Part shown: one piece after another, positions 39,865 to 49,354 of the stretch
How positions within the stretch are numbered: the first letter of the stretch is position 1
Layout of the letters: each line of letters opens with the position of its first letter
DNA from: Acidimicrobiia bacterium
Lineage (GTDB): Bacteria > Actinomycetota > Acidimicrobiia > Spongiisociales > JAHEDJ01
Length of the DNA stretch: 64,000 nucleotides
Direction: 5' to 3'
Assembly (NCBI GenBank): GCA_029210695.1
Contig: JARGFH010000001.1
Location: 1-64,000, forward strand
Notes under the pieces: model-generated
What the model was told of the DNA's origin: nothing
Database searches by the model: none
What the model saw: the letters and a program-made list of their open reading frames with translations, nothing else
Made by a program: the position numbers and the translations under genes

Positions 39865-40191
39865 CTATGGCGACTTCGGATGCCCGGTCAGATGCTCGAG
39901 CAGGGCGTCGGCGATCACTGCCGGCGTGCGGCCGGCCACGCGCACGCGTTTTCGTCTCGAGGCGGCCCCCCGGGCGAGGCTGGTCCTGGCTCCAACGAGC
40001 TCCTCGATCAACTTCAGAACGGCCTGGTTGGCCTTGCCCCCTTCTGCGGGCGCCGACACCCGCACCCGCACCGCGCCGTCGTGCAGGCCGGTGATGCCGG
40101 CCGTACGGGCCCCCGGCACCACCCACACATCGATGAGAGTGTCGGCGCCGGACGCCTGGAGAGCTCGCGCGATATCCGGCCGGCTGATCAT
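39865..40191 (-). CDS. DUF167 (YggU) protein
   Basis: VVPGART, VRVSAPAEGGKAN, GAASRRKRV. Confidence 0.85.
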   Translation of the reverse strand: MISRPDIARALQASGADTLIDVWVVPGARTAGITGLHDGAVRVRVSAPAEGGKANQAVLKLIEELVGARTSLARGAASRRKRVRVAGRTPAVIADALLEHLTGHPKSP

Positions 40192-40346
40192 TGGCAGCAT
40201 GCTCGGAGCCTGCCGCGAGAATTGCGAATTGCCAGTTGGGTCCTCCCGCGGGACCACTGAATGTTGGCCGAGCGGCGAAATGGCGGCGGGGCGGGTGTCC
40301 GATCCCACTACGATGGCTGGTCCGAAACACGAGGAGCAGGGGCCTG

Positions 40347-43300
40347 ATGGAAGGGTTTCGCCGAGTCGCATCGAACGTCGACCTACCCGCGCTCGACGGG
40401 CGAATTCTGCAACTCTGGGATGATATCGGAGCATTCGAGAAGTCGATCGAGCAACGGCCCGAGGACCAGAGCTTCACGTTCTACGACGGCCCTCCGTTCG
40501 CAACCGGCAGCCCGCACTACGGGCACATCCTCGTTGGCGTGATCAAGGACATCGTCCCCCGCTACTGGACCATGAAGGGGCACCGCATCGAGCGCCGGTT
40601 CGGTTGGGATACCCACGGACTACCCGTCGAAATGGAAGTTGAAAAGCAGCTCGGGATCTCGGGACCAAAAGAGATTCTCGAATACGGGGTCGATCGCTAC
40701 AACGAAGCCTGCCGGTTGCTGGTTAACCAGACCACTGAAGAGTGGGAGGACATCACCAAACGGATCGGCCGGTGGATCGATTTCGAGAACGACTACAAGA
40801 CGATGGACCCCGAGTTCATGGAATCCGTCTGGTGGGTGTTCAAGCAACTCTGGGACAAGGGTCTCATCTACCGGGATTTCAAGGTCCTGCCGTACTCGTG
40901 GGGAGCCACGACCCCCCTCTCGAACTTCGAAGCCAACATGGATTACCGGGATGTCGACGATCCGGCGATCACCGTTCGCCTGAAGGCCGTGGAAGGGGTT
41001 GGCGGTGTCCGGCCCGGTGACTGGCTCTTGATATGGACAACCACACCGTGGACCCTTCCCGGCAACCTCGCAATCGCGGTCGGCCCCGGCATCGATTACG
41101 TCTGCGTGCGGGACGGCCACGATCAGTACTGGATTGCCGAGGCACTCGTCGAAACACTCTGGCCCGACGGTGGGGACATAATTGCCAGAGCCAAGGGCCG
41201 CGACATGCTCGGCACCACCTACGAGCCTCCATTCGAATACTTCGGGGAAGAACGCGACCACGGGGCCTTCCGCGTGATCTCGTCAGAAGAGACCAGCACA
41301 GAAGAAGGCACAGGTCTCGTACACATGGCGCCCGCCTACGGCGAAGTCGACTTCTACGCACTCCAGGCCGCCGGCCTGGATGTCCTCGTTGACCCCGTTG
41401 ATGCCGAAGCCAAGTTCACGAGCGACGTTCCGGATGTGGCCGGCATGTACGTCAAGGACGCAGACGCCAGGCTGATCGACCTGCTCAAGGTCAAGGGCCT
41501 ACTGGTCAAGCGTGACCAGATCAGACACCCGTATCCCTTCTGCTGGCGAACGGAGACGCCCCTCATCTACAAGGCGATCCCGACCTGGTTCGTGGGCGTC
41601 GAACAATTCAAAGATCGTATGGTCGAACTGAATCGGAACATCCACTGGGTGCCGGCTCATGTCGGCGAGAAGCGGTTCGGCAACTGGCTGGAAGGAGCGA
41701 GAGACTGGGCCATCAGCCGGAATCGCTACTGGGGATCCTGCATACCGGTCTGGGAGTGCCCGAACGGCCACACGACCTGCATCGGATCGATCGATGAGTT
41801 GGAGGCCCTCTCCGGGATCCGGGTCGCAGATCTGCACAAACACATCGTTGATCCGGTCACGTTCCCTTGCCCGGAGTGTGAGACAACCGCCACCCGGGTC
41901 CCCGAAGTTCTCGATTGCTGGTTCGAGTCCGGGTCGATGCCGTACGCGCAGCCCCACTTTCCGTTCGAGAACAGCGAGTGGTTTGCATCCAATTTCCCTG
42001 CCAACTTCATCAACGAGAGCCTGGATCAGACCCGCGGGTGGTTCTACACACTGGTCGTGCTCGCCGCCGCTCTGTTTGATCGGGAGCCGTTTCAGAACTG
42101 CATCGTGTCCGGCATGATCCTGGCCGAGGATGGCCGCAAGATGTCCAAAAGCCTCAAGAATTATCCGGATCCGAGCCACATCCTCGACACCTTCGGTGCA
42201 GATGCACTGCGCGCCTATCTGATCGACTCTCCTTTGATGCGCGCCGAGTCTCTCCGGTTCTCTGAAGCCGGGGTGCGCGAGGTTGTACGGACTGTGTTGC
42301 TGCCGCTCTGGAACGCCTTCTCGTTCTTCACGACCTACGCAGAAGCCGACGGCATCACAATCGCCGACCTGCGGTCCGCCCCACTGGTGGCCGACCGACC
42401 CGAGCTGGATCGGTGGCTGTTGAGTGTCCTCCAGAGTCTGATCGTCCGGGTGAACGATGAGATGGAGGGCTACTACCTCTACAACGTGGTTGGACCGACC
42501 CTGTCGTTCATTGACGACCTCACGAACTGGTATATCCGCCGTTCACGCCGGCGCTTCTGGCGGACGCGACAAGCGGATGACTCCGACAAGTTGTCTGCGT
42601 TCGCAACCCTGTATGAGGCGCTCGTCATGTTCTCAAAGGTGCTGGCGCCGGTGCTGCCGTTCGTGACAGAGCACCTTCATCAGGAGCTCGTGGTTGCGCA
42701 CGACCCCGATGCACCCGAATCGGTGCACCTCGCCGACTACCCGACCGCCGACCGCTCCCTCATCGACGAGGAACTCGAAACGTCGATGGCGGCCATCCGG
42801 ACGGTGGTTCGGCTCGGACACAACATTCGCAAACAGCATGCCTTGCGCGTTCGTCAGCCACTCGCCTCAGCCACCATCATCACCAGGGATGCGGACGTCC
42901 AGAAGGCCGTGACCTCGCATGTGGACCTCATTGCCGAGGAGCTGAATGTGAAGCTCGTCACCACTAGCACCGACGAAGGGGATCTCATCGACCTGTCCGC
43001 ACGGGCCAACTTCAAAACGCTCGGCCCCCGCCTCGGCCGCGCGGTCAAGGAAGTCGACGCGGCATTGGGAGCAGTTGCACAAGAAGACCTGCACCGGATC
43101 CAGCAGGGGGCGACTATCAGCGTCGAAGGGCACGAACTCAGTCTCGATGACATTCTCCTCCAGCGGACACCGAAGCCCGGCGTCGTAGTGGCCACTGAAG
43201 GCACGATCTCGGTGGCAATAGATGTCGAGCCAACCGACGAACTGATCGTCGAAGGATTCGCCAGGGAGATCGTCAACCGTATCCAGATGATTCGCCGGGA

Positions 43301-43505
43301 TCTCGACCTGGATGTGACCGACCGGGTGGCGGTGTGGTGGTCGAGCGCGGATGCAAGAATATCGGCCGCCTTCGATCAATACCTGGACCTCATTGCCGAT
43401 GAGGTCCTGGCGACGGCGATCCAACCAGCCGAACTCGCAGAGACGATTGACCTGGCAGGAACTCCACTCGGTTTGCGGGTGGAGAAAGGAACCGTCGAAA
43501 GCTAG
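40347..43505 (+). CDS. ileS: Isoleucine--tRNA ligase (type 2)
   Basis: YDGPPFATGSPHYGH, GWDTHGLP, WTTTPWTLP, KMSKS; SD GAGGAG. Confidence 0.97.
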   Translation: MEGFRRVASNVDLPALDGRILQLWDDIGAFEKSIEQRPEDQSFTFYDGPPFATGSPHYGHILVGVIKDIVPRYWTMKGHRIERRFGWDTHGLPVEMEVEKQLGISGPKEILEYGVDRYNEACRLLVNQTTEEWEDITKRIGRWIDFENDYKTMDPEFMESVWWVFKQLWDKGLIYRDFKVLPYSWGATTPLSNFEANMDYRDVDDPAITVRLKAVEGVGGVRPGDWLLIWTTTPWTLPGNLAIAVGPGIDYVCVRDGHDQYWIAEALVETLWPDGGDIIARAKGRDMLGTTYEPPFEYFGEERDHGAFRVISSEETSTEEGTGLVHMAPAYGEVDFYALQAAGLDVLVDPVDAEAKFTSDVPDVAGMYVKDADARLIDLLKVKGLLVKRDQIRHPYPFCWRTETPLIYKAIPTWFVGVEQFKDRMVELNRNIHWVPAHVGEKRFGNWLEGARDWAISRNRYWGSCIPVWECPNGHTTCIGSIDELEALSGIRVADLHKHIVDPVTFPCPECETTATRVPEVLDCWFESGSMPYAQPHFPFENSEWFASNFPANFINESLDQTRGWFYTLVVLAAALFDREPFQNCIVSGMILAEDGRKMSKSLKNYPDPSHILDTFGADALRAYLIDSPLMRAESLRFSEAGVREVVRTVLLPLWNAFSFFTTYAEADGITIADLRSAPLVADRPELDRWLLSVLQSLIVRVNDEMEGYYLYNVVGPTLSFIDDLTNWYIRRSRRRFWRTRQADDSDKLSAFATLYEALVMFSKVLAPVLPFVTEHLHQELVVAHDPDAPESVHLADYPTADRSLIDEELETSMAAIRTVVRLGHNIRKQHALRVRQPLASATIITRDADVQKAVTSHVDLIAEELNVKLVTTSTDEGDLIDLSARANFKTLGPRLGRAVKEVDAALGAVAQEDLHRIQQGATISVEGHELSLDDILLQRTPKPGVVVATEGTISVAIDVEPTDELIVEGFAREIVNRIQMIRRDLDLDVTDRVAVWWSSADARISAAFDQYLDLIADEVLATAIQPAELAETIDLAGTPLGLRVEKGTVES

Positions 43506-43519
43506 GACAAAGGCCCCGT

Positions 43520-44368
43520 TCAGCGGTCGTCCCGCTCCCACGGTCGGCGAAACTCACGTTGCGGCTCCGGGGAGTCCGAGTCATCACGGGTCATCCAGTC
43601 GGGCACCTTGGCGACTTCAACGTCCCGGTCTTCGTCCTCGTCCTCGTCCTCGTCCTCGTGCTCGAAGCCTTCAGCGGGGCGCTCGACATCCTCAACAGCA
43701 ACTTCATCGTCGGCGCTCTCGACGTCGCTCCCATCCCGATCTTCGTTTTCGTCTTCGAGTTCTTCGATCCCGGCGTCCCAGCGGTCATCGGCGCCCTCAT
43801 CACCCGACCTGGAGGCCTCCGGCTCATAGGGGGGTTTCATGGGCTCACGGGTGGTCTCGCGTTCAATCTCTCTCAGATCCTGGACGGGAGCCGCGGTGGC
43901 GGCGATCCGATCGGCGGTTGCGTCGACGTCCAGCTCATCGAGTCGTTCGAGCGTCCCACCGGCGAGATCGGCCAGTGAAGCCCGCAATCCATGGACTCGA
44001 TCGCGCAGGAGGGCGGTCTCGGCTAGCAGATGCGCCTTCTCCTCAGTCTGCCCGAGCATCACGCGTTCGACCTCACCGTGGGCGTCGGCCATCAGACGCT
44101 CGGACTCGGACTTGGCCTCTTCCACAATTGCATCGGCCGTGCGCTGTGCAGCCAGGAAAGTACGACGCATGGCGTCTTCAGTCTCTCGATTGGCCGACAG
44201 TTGCTCTTCGAGGACCGCAACTCGCTCCTGTGCGTCACGCAGGCGTTGCTCGTAGTCCCGCAGTGAGATCACGACCTCGTCGAGGAACTCATCTACTTCG
44301 TCTTCGGCGTAGCCCCGCAGGGCGACCTTGAAGGTTTGCTGTTGTACGTCGATAGGGCTCAGTGGCAT
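43520..44368 (-). CDS. divIVA: DivIVA/Wag31 with acidic C-terminal tail
   Basis: MPLSPIDVQQQTFKVALRGYAEDEVDEFLDEV, coiled coils. Confidence 0.93.
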   Translation of the reverse strand: MPLSPIDVQQQTFKVALRGYAEDEVDEFLDEVVISLRDYEQRLRDAQERVAVLEEQLSANRETEDAMRRTFLAAQRTADAIVEEAKSESERLMADAHGEVERVMLGQTEEKAHLLAETALLRDRVHGLRASLADLAGGTLERLDELDVDATADRIAATAAPVQDLREIERETTREPMKPPYEPEASRSGDEGADDRWDAGIEELEDENEDRDGSDVESADDEVAVEDVERPAEGFEHEDEDEDEDEDRDVEVAKVPDWMTRDDSDSPEPQREFRRPWERDDR

Positions 44369-44442
44369 GGCTCCGGATCCTCGTGACGGTCGGGATGGGG
44401 TGAGCTTAGTCCGAACTGACGGCGGAGAATGACCTCATCCGC

Positions 44443-44691
44443 CTATAAGAGGTTGCGGAGCAGGCTCAGTGCAAACAGAACAACCAGGGGAGAGAGATCG
44501 AGCGCAGCCGCCCCCATGCGCACCGGAGGGATAAGCCGCCGCAACGGGATCAGCACGGGGTCGGTGAGGGAGGCCAGAATCGATCTGATCCTCGCCACTG
44601 CATGGTCGGATGGAACCTCGAAGAAGCTGAGAATGATCCGCCCGAAGAGAACGAGTATGTACAGATCGATGAGAGCGCGTACGAAACTCAC
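44443..44691 (-). CDS. YggT family membrane protein
   Basis: LTDPVLIPLRRLIPP...LDLSP; GTG start. Confidence 0.9.
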   Translation of the reverse strand: MSFVRALIDLYILVLFGRIILSFFEVPSDHAVARIRSILASLTDPVLIPLRRLIPPVRMGAAALDLSPLVVLFALSLLRNLL

Positions 44692-44698
44692 GGGGCGA

Positions 44699-45232
44699 TC
44701 ACGTCTGTTCGTCTCCGAGCCCGTACAAGCCGAGATCGGCGAGGCGGCGTTTTTCTTCCCGCCCAAGAGAAACTCTGGGCGGCAAGACGAGAATCACGCC
44801 TTCGTCGATCTTCCGCATCGATCCGTCGAGCGCGTAGGTGAGTCCCGTGCAGAAATCGACGAGACGGCGCACCATCTCCGGCTCTGTGTTTCGCATGTTC
44901 AGGACAACCGGAACCCTGTCACGGATGCGATCGGCAAGGAGTTTGGCATCGTCGAAATGTCCCGGCTCGATGATGTCGGTTTGCGCCTCGATGGTCGGTA
45001 CGGGTCGTACTCCCCCGGTCGATCGGGCGGTCGTTGGTGGATGTGAACGCCTCGTAATCGGCGGTGGTTCGACGCGACGTCCTGCCACGCGTTCCTGGCG
45101 CCCCTGCGGTTCGACGGTTCTCACCGCATTCCGATTTCGTACCGGCGCGGCGACCGGTTCAGGCTCCTGATCGACTCGATCTTCATCGACGAGTCCCAGA
45201 TACATCAGTGCCTTCTGCCACAGCGAAGCCAT
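44699..45232 (-). CDS. sepF: Cell division protein SepF
   Basis: YLGL N-terminal helix; PVVLNM, RRLVDFCTGLTYALDG. Confidence 0.93.
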   Translation of the reverse strand: MASLWQKALMYLGLVDEDRVDQEPEPVAAPVRNRNAVRTVEPQGRQERVAGRRVEPPPITRRSHPPTTARSTGGVRPVPTIEAQTDIIEPGHFDDAKLLADRIRDRVPVVLNMRNTEPEMVRRLVDFCTGLTYALDGSMRKIDEGVILVLPPRVSLGREEKRRLADLGLYGLGDEQT

Positions 45233-45247
45233 GTGCTCCTCGTTGTC

Positions 45248-45913
45248 CTAGCGAATTCTCGGCCCAAAGATAGCCCGTCCGACGCGGACGAGCGTCGCTC
45301 CCTCCTCAACGGCCACTTCGAAGTCGTCGGTCATCCCCATCGACAACTCCCGGACCTGCGGGTAGACGACCTGCAGGCGGCGGCCCAGGCCGGCCAGCTT
45401 CTGGAAGTACGGACGGGCGGCTTCGGGTTGCTCCACGCGCGGAGGCACGGTCATGATGCCTCGCACATCGACGCCGAGTTCGATGAGCTCGCCGATGACG
45501 CCGGACGCTTGATCCGGGGCTACTCCCGCCTTCTGTGGTTCTTCACCGATGTTGACTTCGAGGAGAACCGGCGGCGGTGAGCCCGGACCCTTGAGCCACG
45601 CCTCACCCAGCGACAGCCGGTCCATCGAGTGGAGAAGCACGACGGCCGGCCGAACCAGACGTACCTTGTTCCGCTGAAGCGGCCCCACGAAATGCCAGCG
45701 CACATCCGCCGGCAGCGCGGCTGCCTTCAGGGTGAGTTCCTGCGCCCGGTTCTCACCGAAGTCGCGGTGACCTGCCTGGTAGGCCTCCATGAGTACCTCG
45801 GGAGGAAAAGTCTTGCCAACTGCGACAAGCACGACGTCCTCCGGCTGACGGCCGGACCGCAGAGCGGCGGCAGCCACCCGCTCGATCGTCTCGGTGAGCT
45901 TCAACAGATCCAT
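45248..45913 (-). CDS. yggS: PLP homeostasis protein YggS
   Basis: LVAVGKT, FGENRAQE, WHFVGPLQRNK, LSMGMTDD, VRVGRAIFG. Confidence 0.94.
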   Translation of the reverse strand: MDLLKLTETIERVAAAALRSGRQPEDVVLVAVGKTFPPEVLMEAYQAGHRDFGENRAQELTLKAAALPADVRWHFVGPLQRNKVRLVRPAVVLLHSMDRLSLGEAWLKGPGSPPPVLLEVNIGEEPQKAGVAPDQASGVIGELIELGVDVRGIMTVPPRVEQPEAARPYFQKLAGLGRRLQVVYPQVRELSMGMTDDFEVAVEEGATLVRVGRAIFGPRIR

Positions 45914-46524
45914 GCGATAGTTGCCATTCTTGCCGGTGTGGAGTCGGCGCGATGGGAATGAAGGCCGGTCGAGCATCTAGTGCACATGCCGGCCTCCCAA
46001 ACCTCGAGATCCTCGAGTTGGGTACGCACCGCGCCGGGAAGGTCCACGCTCCTCGTTCCCCAGGTCGTCTCGGCGCCGTGGCTCGGGAAGTACCGCTCAA
46101 CGTCGGAGCCGACCTCGTAGCAGCAGGGGCCGATTCCGGGGCCGACGGCTGCTCGCACCGGCGGGAATCCCACCGCGCTCATCGCCCCGGCCAGCGCAGG
46201 AATGACGCCCGCCACGATGCCACGCCAGCCTGCATGGGCTACGCCCACCGCGCCATCTGCTACGAGAGCCACCCCGAAACAGTCGGCAGTGAAGACCGCC
46301 ACTGGAAAACCGATCTGAGAGGTGAACAGCGCATCCCCGCCACCCTGGTCGCCGGGGGTCGTCGCACGGGCCACGTGCGAACCGTGAACCTGGTGAACGA
46401 AGGCCCAGTCGCGGCCGATGCCGAGCCGGTCGGAGACCATCTCCCGGTCGGCGGGGTTGCCGCGCGGGTCGCCGTCGGCGGCCGTCGTGAAGGCGACACC
46501 CGGATACCCGGGTGAGACGATCAT
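45901..46524 (-). CDS. pgeF: PgeF/YfiH laccase-domain protein
   Basis: QVHG, TADC, AHAGWRG, GPCCYEV, HSHR. Confidence 0.92.
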   Translation of the reverse strand: MIVSPGYPGVAFTTAADGDPRGNPADREMVSDRLGIGRDWAFVHQVHGSHVARATTPGDQGGGDALFTSQIGFPVAVFTADCFGVALVADGAVGVAHAGWRGIVAGVIPALAGAMSAVGFPPVRAAVGPGIGPCCYEVGSDVERYFPSHGAETTWGTRSVDLPGAVRTQLEDLEVWEAGMCTRCSTGLHSHRADSTPARMATIAWIC

Positions 46525-47573
46525 CCCTGGACGAAACTCGGAATGTCGAGGTCTTCGTCCCGGTGGTTGGAGGTACCGCCGGACATGGTGCCGGAGGCGA
46601 ACCCTCGCGGGCGCCGCTGGTCGAATCCGGCTGCAATCACCGTGACGCGAATCTCCTCACCGAGTGAATCGTCGACCACTGCGCCGAAGATGATGTCGGC
46701 ATCGGCGTCACAGTGTTCGGCGACCGCAGTGGCGGCCGCATTCACCTCGTATAGCGACATGCTGTTCGGACCCGCCACCGAGAGCAGCACACCGCGGGCG
46801 CCGTCCATCGACGTCTCGAGCAGCGGGCTGGCGATCGCCCGATTGGCGGCCTGCGTGGCCCTATCCTCTCCGGAGCCGCGGCCGATGCCCATCACTGCCG
46901 TCCCGGCGTCCTGCATAACCGTCTTGACATCGGCGAAATCGACATTGATCAAGCCGGGAGTCGTGATGAGATCAGTTATCCCCGCTACGCCGTTGGTGAG
47001 TACCTCATCGGCCATGCGGAACGCCTCGATGATCGGCGTCTTCTCCTCGGCGATCTCGAGCAGACGATTGTTCGGGATCACAATCAGTGTGTCGACCGCT
47101 TCGCGCAGATCCTGAATCCCCTGCTCGGCCTGCAGCGAGCGGCGCCGGCCTTCAAAGCCGAACGGACGGGTCACCACTCCAACGGTCAAGGCCCCGAGGT
47201 TGCGGGCTACCTCCGCAACTACGGGAGCGCCTCCGGTACCCGTTCCTCCACCCTCGCCGGCTGTAACGAACACCATGTCGGCGCCCTTGAGCACCTCCTC
47301 CAGCTCCTCTCGATGCTCCTCCGAGGCGGCGCGGCCTACCTCGGGATTCGCTCCCGCGCCGAGCCCGCGCGTGATATCACGTCCGAGGTCGAGTTTGATG
47401 TCGGCATCCGACATGAGGAGCGCCTGGGCGTCGGTGTTCATCGCAATGAACTCCACGCCCCTGACCCCCGAAGCGATCATGCGGTTGACGGCGTTGACAC
47501 CGCCGCCACCGACACCGACGACTTTGATCACGGCTAGATAGTGTTGCGGCGTGGAAAAGTTCTTGTTGGCCAT
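46521..47573 (-). CDS. ftsZ: Cell division protein FtsZ
   Basis: GGGTGTG tubulin motif, NVDFAD, C-terminal DLDIPSF. Confidence 0.98.
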   Translation of the reverse strand: MANKNFSTPQHYLAVIKVVGVGGGGVNAVNRMIASGVRGVEFIAMNTDAQALLMSDADIKLDLGRDITRGLGAGANPEVGRAASEEHREELEEVLKGADMVFVTAGEGGGTGTGGAPVVAEVARNLGALTVGVVTRPFGFEGRRRSLQAEQGIQDLREAVDTLIVIPNNRLLEIAEEKTPIIEAFRMADEVLTNGVAGITDLITTPGLINVDFADVKTVMQDAGTAVMGIGRGSGEDRATQAANRAIASPLLETSMDGARGVLLSVAGPNSMSLYEVNAAATAVAEHCDADADIIFGAVVDDSLGEEIRVTVIAAGFDQRRPRGFASGTMSGGTSNHRDEDLDIPSFVQG

Positions 47574-47649
47574 AGCGCGTAGCTCCAAGCAGGAGGGGTT
47601 CAGGTTGAACTTTACCTTGAATTGTGAGGGGAATCCATACTAGTTTCCT

Positions 47650-47674
47650 AACCCTCTACATCATCTTGAGGGTT
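47650..47674. promoter_or_regulatory. FtsR-like (MerR-family) operator upstream of ftsZ
   Basis: Perfect dyad AACCCTC-N11-GAGGGTT (25 bp), resembling the Corynebacterium FtsR site. Confidence 0.7.
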
Positions 47675-47690
47675 GGGGGGGGGTGGTTGG

Positions 47691-48425
47691 CTAGGGCGTC
47701 ACCGCGGGACGGGTAGGGGCGATCAGGTTGATGGATGATCCGGCGGGGACCTCGTCGGCCAGGACGGCGATCAGGGCCGCCGCCTTGGCCGGCATGTCGA
47801 CCGGGCGTCCAAGCCGGACCTCATGGCCGTCAACCATCCCCCACACCTCCCCCACCTCTTCACGCAACTCGAAGCCCGGAAGCGAACCGTCGAGGGTCGC
47901 GAAGAATTGCAGGCCGCCCAGGACGAGAGGGTCGGAGTGGATCTCTCCCGGTTCCAGGCGCCTGGTAGCGAACTGCAGAACCGGGGCGCCTTCTGCGAGC
48001 GTGGATACATACTCGAGCACGACACCCTCAACATCGAGAGCGGCAAAGGAACCCGACGTCCAGAGCCAGGCAACGGCATCGCGCTGGTCGATGGCGATCT
48101 CAACGCGATCTGGGAAAAACCGCTGAACCGACGCCGACCGAACCCACGGCAGGGCCTCGAGTTCTGCCTCGACCTCCTCCGTCCGCACCAGGACCAGCGG
48201 AGTGCCTTCCTCGAGTCCGGCGGTCGAGATCGCTTCTCGCACGTCCGGACGGTTGCTTCCGGTCAAGACGATCTCATGCACGGACAGCCAGGGTGACTGC
48301 AGGACCCAGATGAGTGCTGCCACGAGGCTGACCCCGGCCAGCAGGGCGATGGCCCGACGGACCCCTCTCCTCGCCCCGCTCTCTATGACTGTTCTCCGGC
48401 GTTCGGCAATCCGAGGATCGATCAT
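47691..48425 (-). CDS. ftsQ: Cell division protein FtsQ/DivIB
   Basis: TM then POTRA (LEALPWVRSASVQRFFPDRVEI); dcw position. Confidence 0.9.
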   Translation of the reverse strand: MIDPRIAERRRTVIESGARRGVRRAIALLAGVSLVAALIWVLQSPWLSVHEIVLTGSNRPDVREAISTAGLEEGTPLVLVRTEEVEAELEALPWVRSASVQRFFPDRVEIAIDQRDAVAWLWTSGSFAALDVEGVVLEYVSTLAEGAPVLQFATRRLEPGEIHSDPLVLGGLQFFATLDGSLPGFELREEVGEVWGMVDGHEVRLGRPVDMPAKAAALIAVLADEVPAGSSINLIAPTRPAVTP

Positions 48426-49354
48426 CCGTCTTCGGCTCCAGACCCGCCGGGGATCTCACCGAAGTCGCCGACGAACCGGATCTCCGGAACGAGATCGACG
48501 CCGGCCCGGCGACGGACGAGGTCTTGGACGGACAGCACCAGATCATGTACTTCTCGAGCCGTTGCCTTCTGCTCGGCCACTATGAAGTTCGCGTGCTTCT
48601 CCGATACCGAAACGGCTCCGATCGAGTATCCCTTGAGGCCACACTGATCGATGATGCGGCCTGCCGCATCGCCGGGGGGATTCTTGAAAACGCTTCCTGC
48701 GTTGAGCGTGCCGCCCGGTTGGTACTGGCGCCGCCATCTACTCACCTCACGCATCGTCTCCTCTGCGGTATCCGGATCGACGGGATCGGTCCGGTAGGTG
48801 GCTGCAACGACGATATCGGTATCAGCCAGGTTCGAGTGCCGGTACGAGAGCTCGAGGGCGGCCGGTGACAGTTCCGCCCGCGATCCGTCGCAGAGATCGA
48901 ATACTTCGGCCACTTTGAGAACCTCTGCCGTCTCAGAGCCGTGACACCCGGCATTCATGCGTACCGCACCGCCGACGGACCCCGGTATCCCGACATAGAA
49001 CTCGAGACCACCCTGGCCGGCTTTCCCCGCACTTCTCGCCAGTTGCGGAAGAGGAGTCGCCCCGCCTGCAGACACCAAACCCGGTTGCCACCGCACCCAG
49101 GCGAATCCGGCGGTCAGGCGCACGACGACCCCGTCGAAGCCACCATCCGCGATCAAAACATTGCTGCCTCTCCCGAGGACGAGGACCGGGAGTGGCGTTT
49201 CCTCGAGCCCGGCTGCCAGCGATTCCAGGTCGGCTCCGTCGTCCACATCCACCAGGAGGCGCGCCGGCCCGCCGAGCTTGTACGTCGTCAGGGGCCCGAG
49301 TGGCACATGGGTCCTCAGCCGACCCCGGTCGGCCAGATCTCTCCATGCGTTCAT
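48422..49354 (-). CDS. murB: UDP-N-acetylmuramate dehydrogenase
   Basis: TYKLGGPA, GRGSN, GIPGSVGGAVRMNAG, GSVFKNP, KHANF. Confidence 0.96.
   Translation of the reverse strand: MNAWRDLADRGRLRTHVPLGPLTTYKLGGPARLLVDVDDGADLESLAAGLEETPLPVLVLGRGSNVLIADGGFDGVVVRLTAGFAWVRWQPGLVSAGGATPLPQLARSAGKAGQGGLEFYVGIPGSVGGAVRMNAGCHGSETAEVLKVAEVFDLCDGSRAELSPAALELSYRHSNLADTDIVVAATYRTDPVDPDTAEETMREVSRWRRQYQPGGTLNAGSVFKNPPGDAAGRIIDQCGLKGYSIGAVSVSEKHANFIVAEQKATAREVHDLVLSVQDLVRRRAGVDLVPEIRFVGDFGEIPGGSGAEDG

Noticed and set aside
40200..40346. ileS T-box riboswitch
   Set aside because: No T-box consensus seen, and a TACGAT hexamer close to the SD implies a short leader
40347..43505. ileS opposite in orientation to flanking genes as a recent inversion
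   Set aside because: No flanking inverted repeats or recombinase; ileS between divIVA and lspA is the usual actinobacterial position
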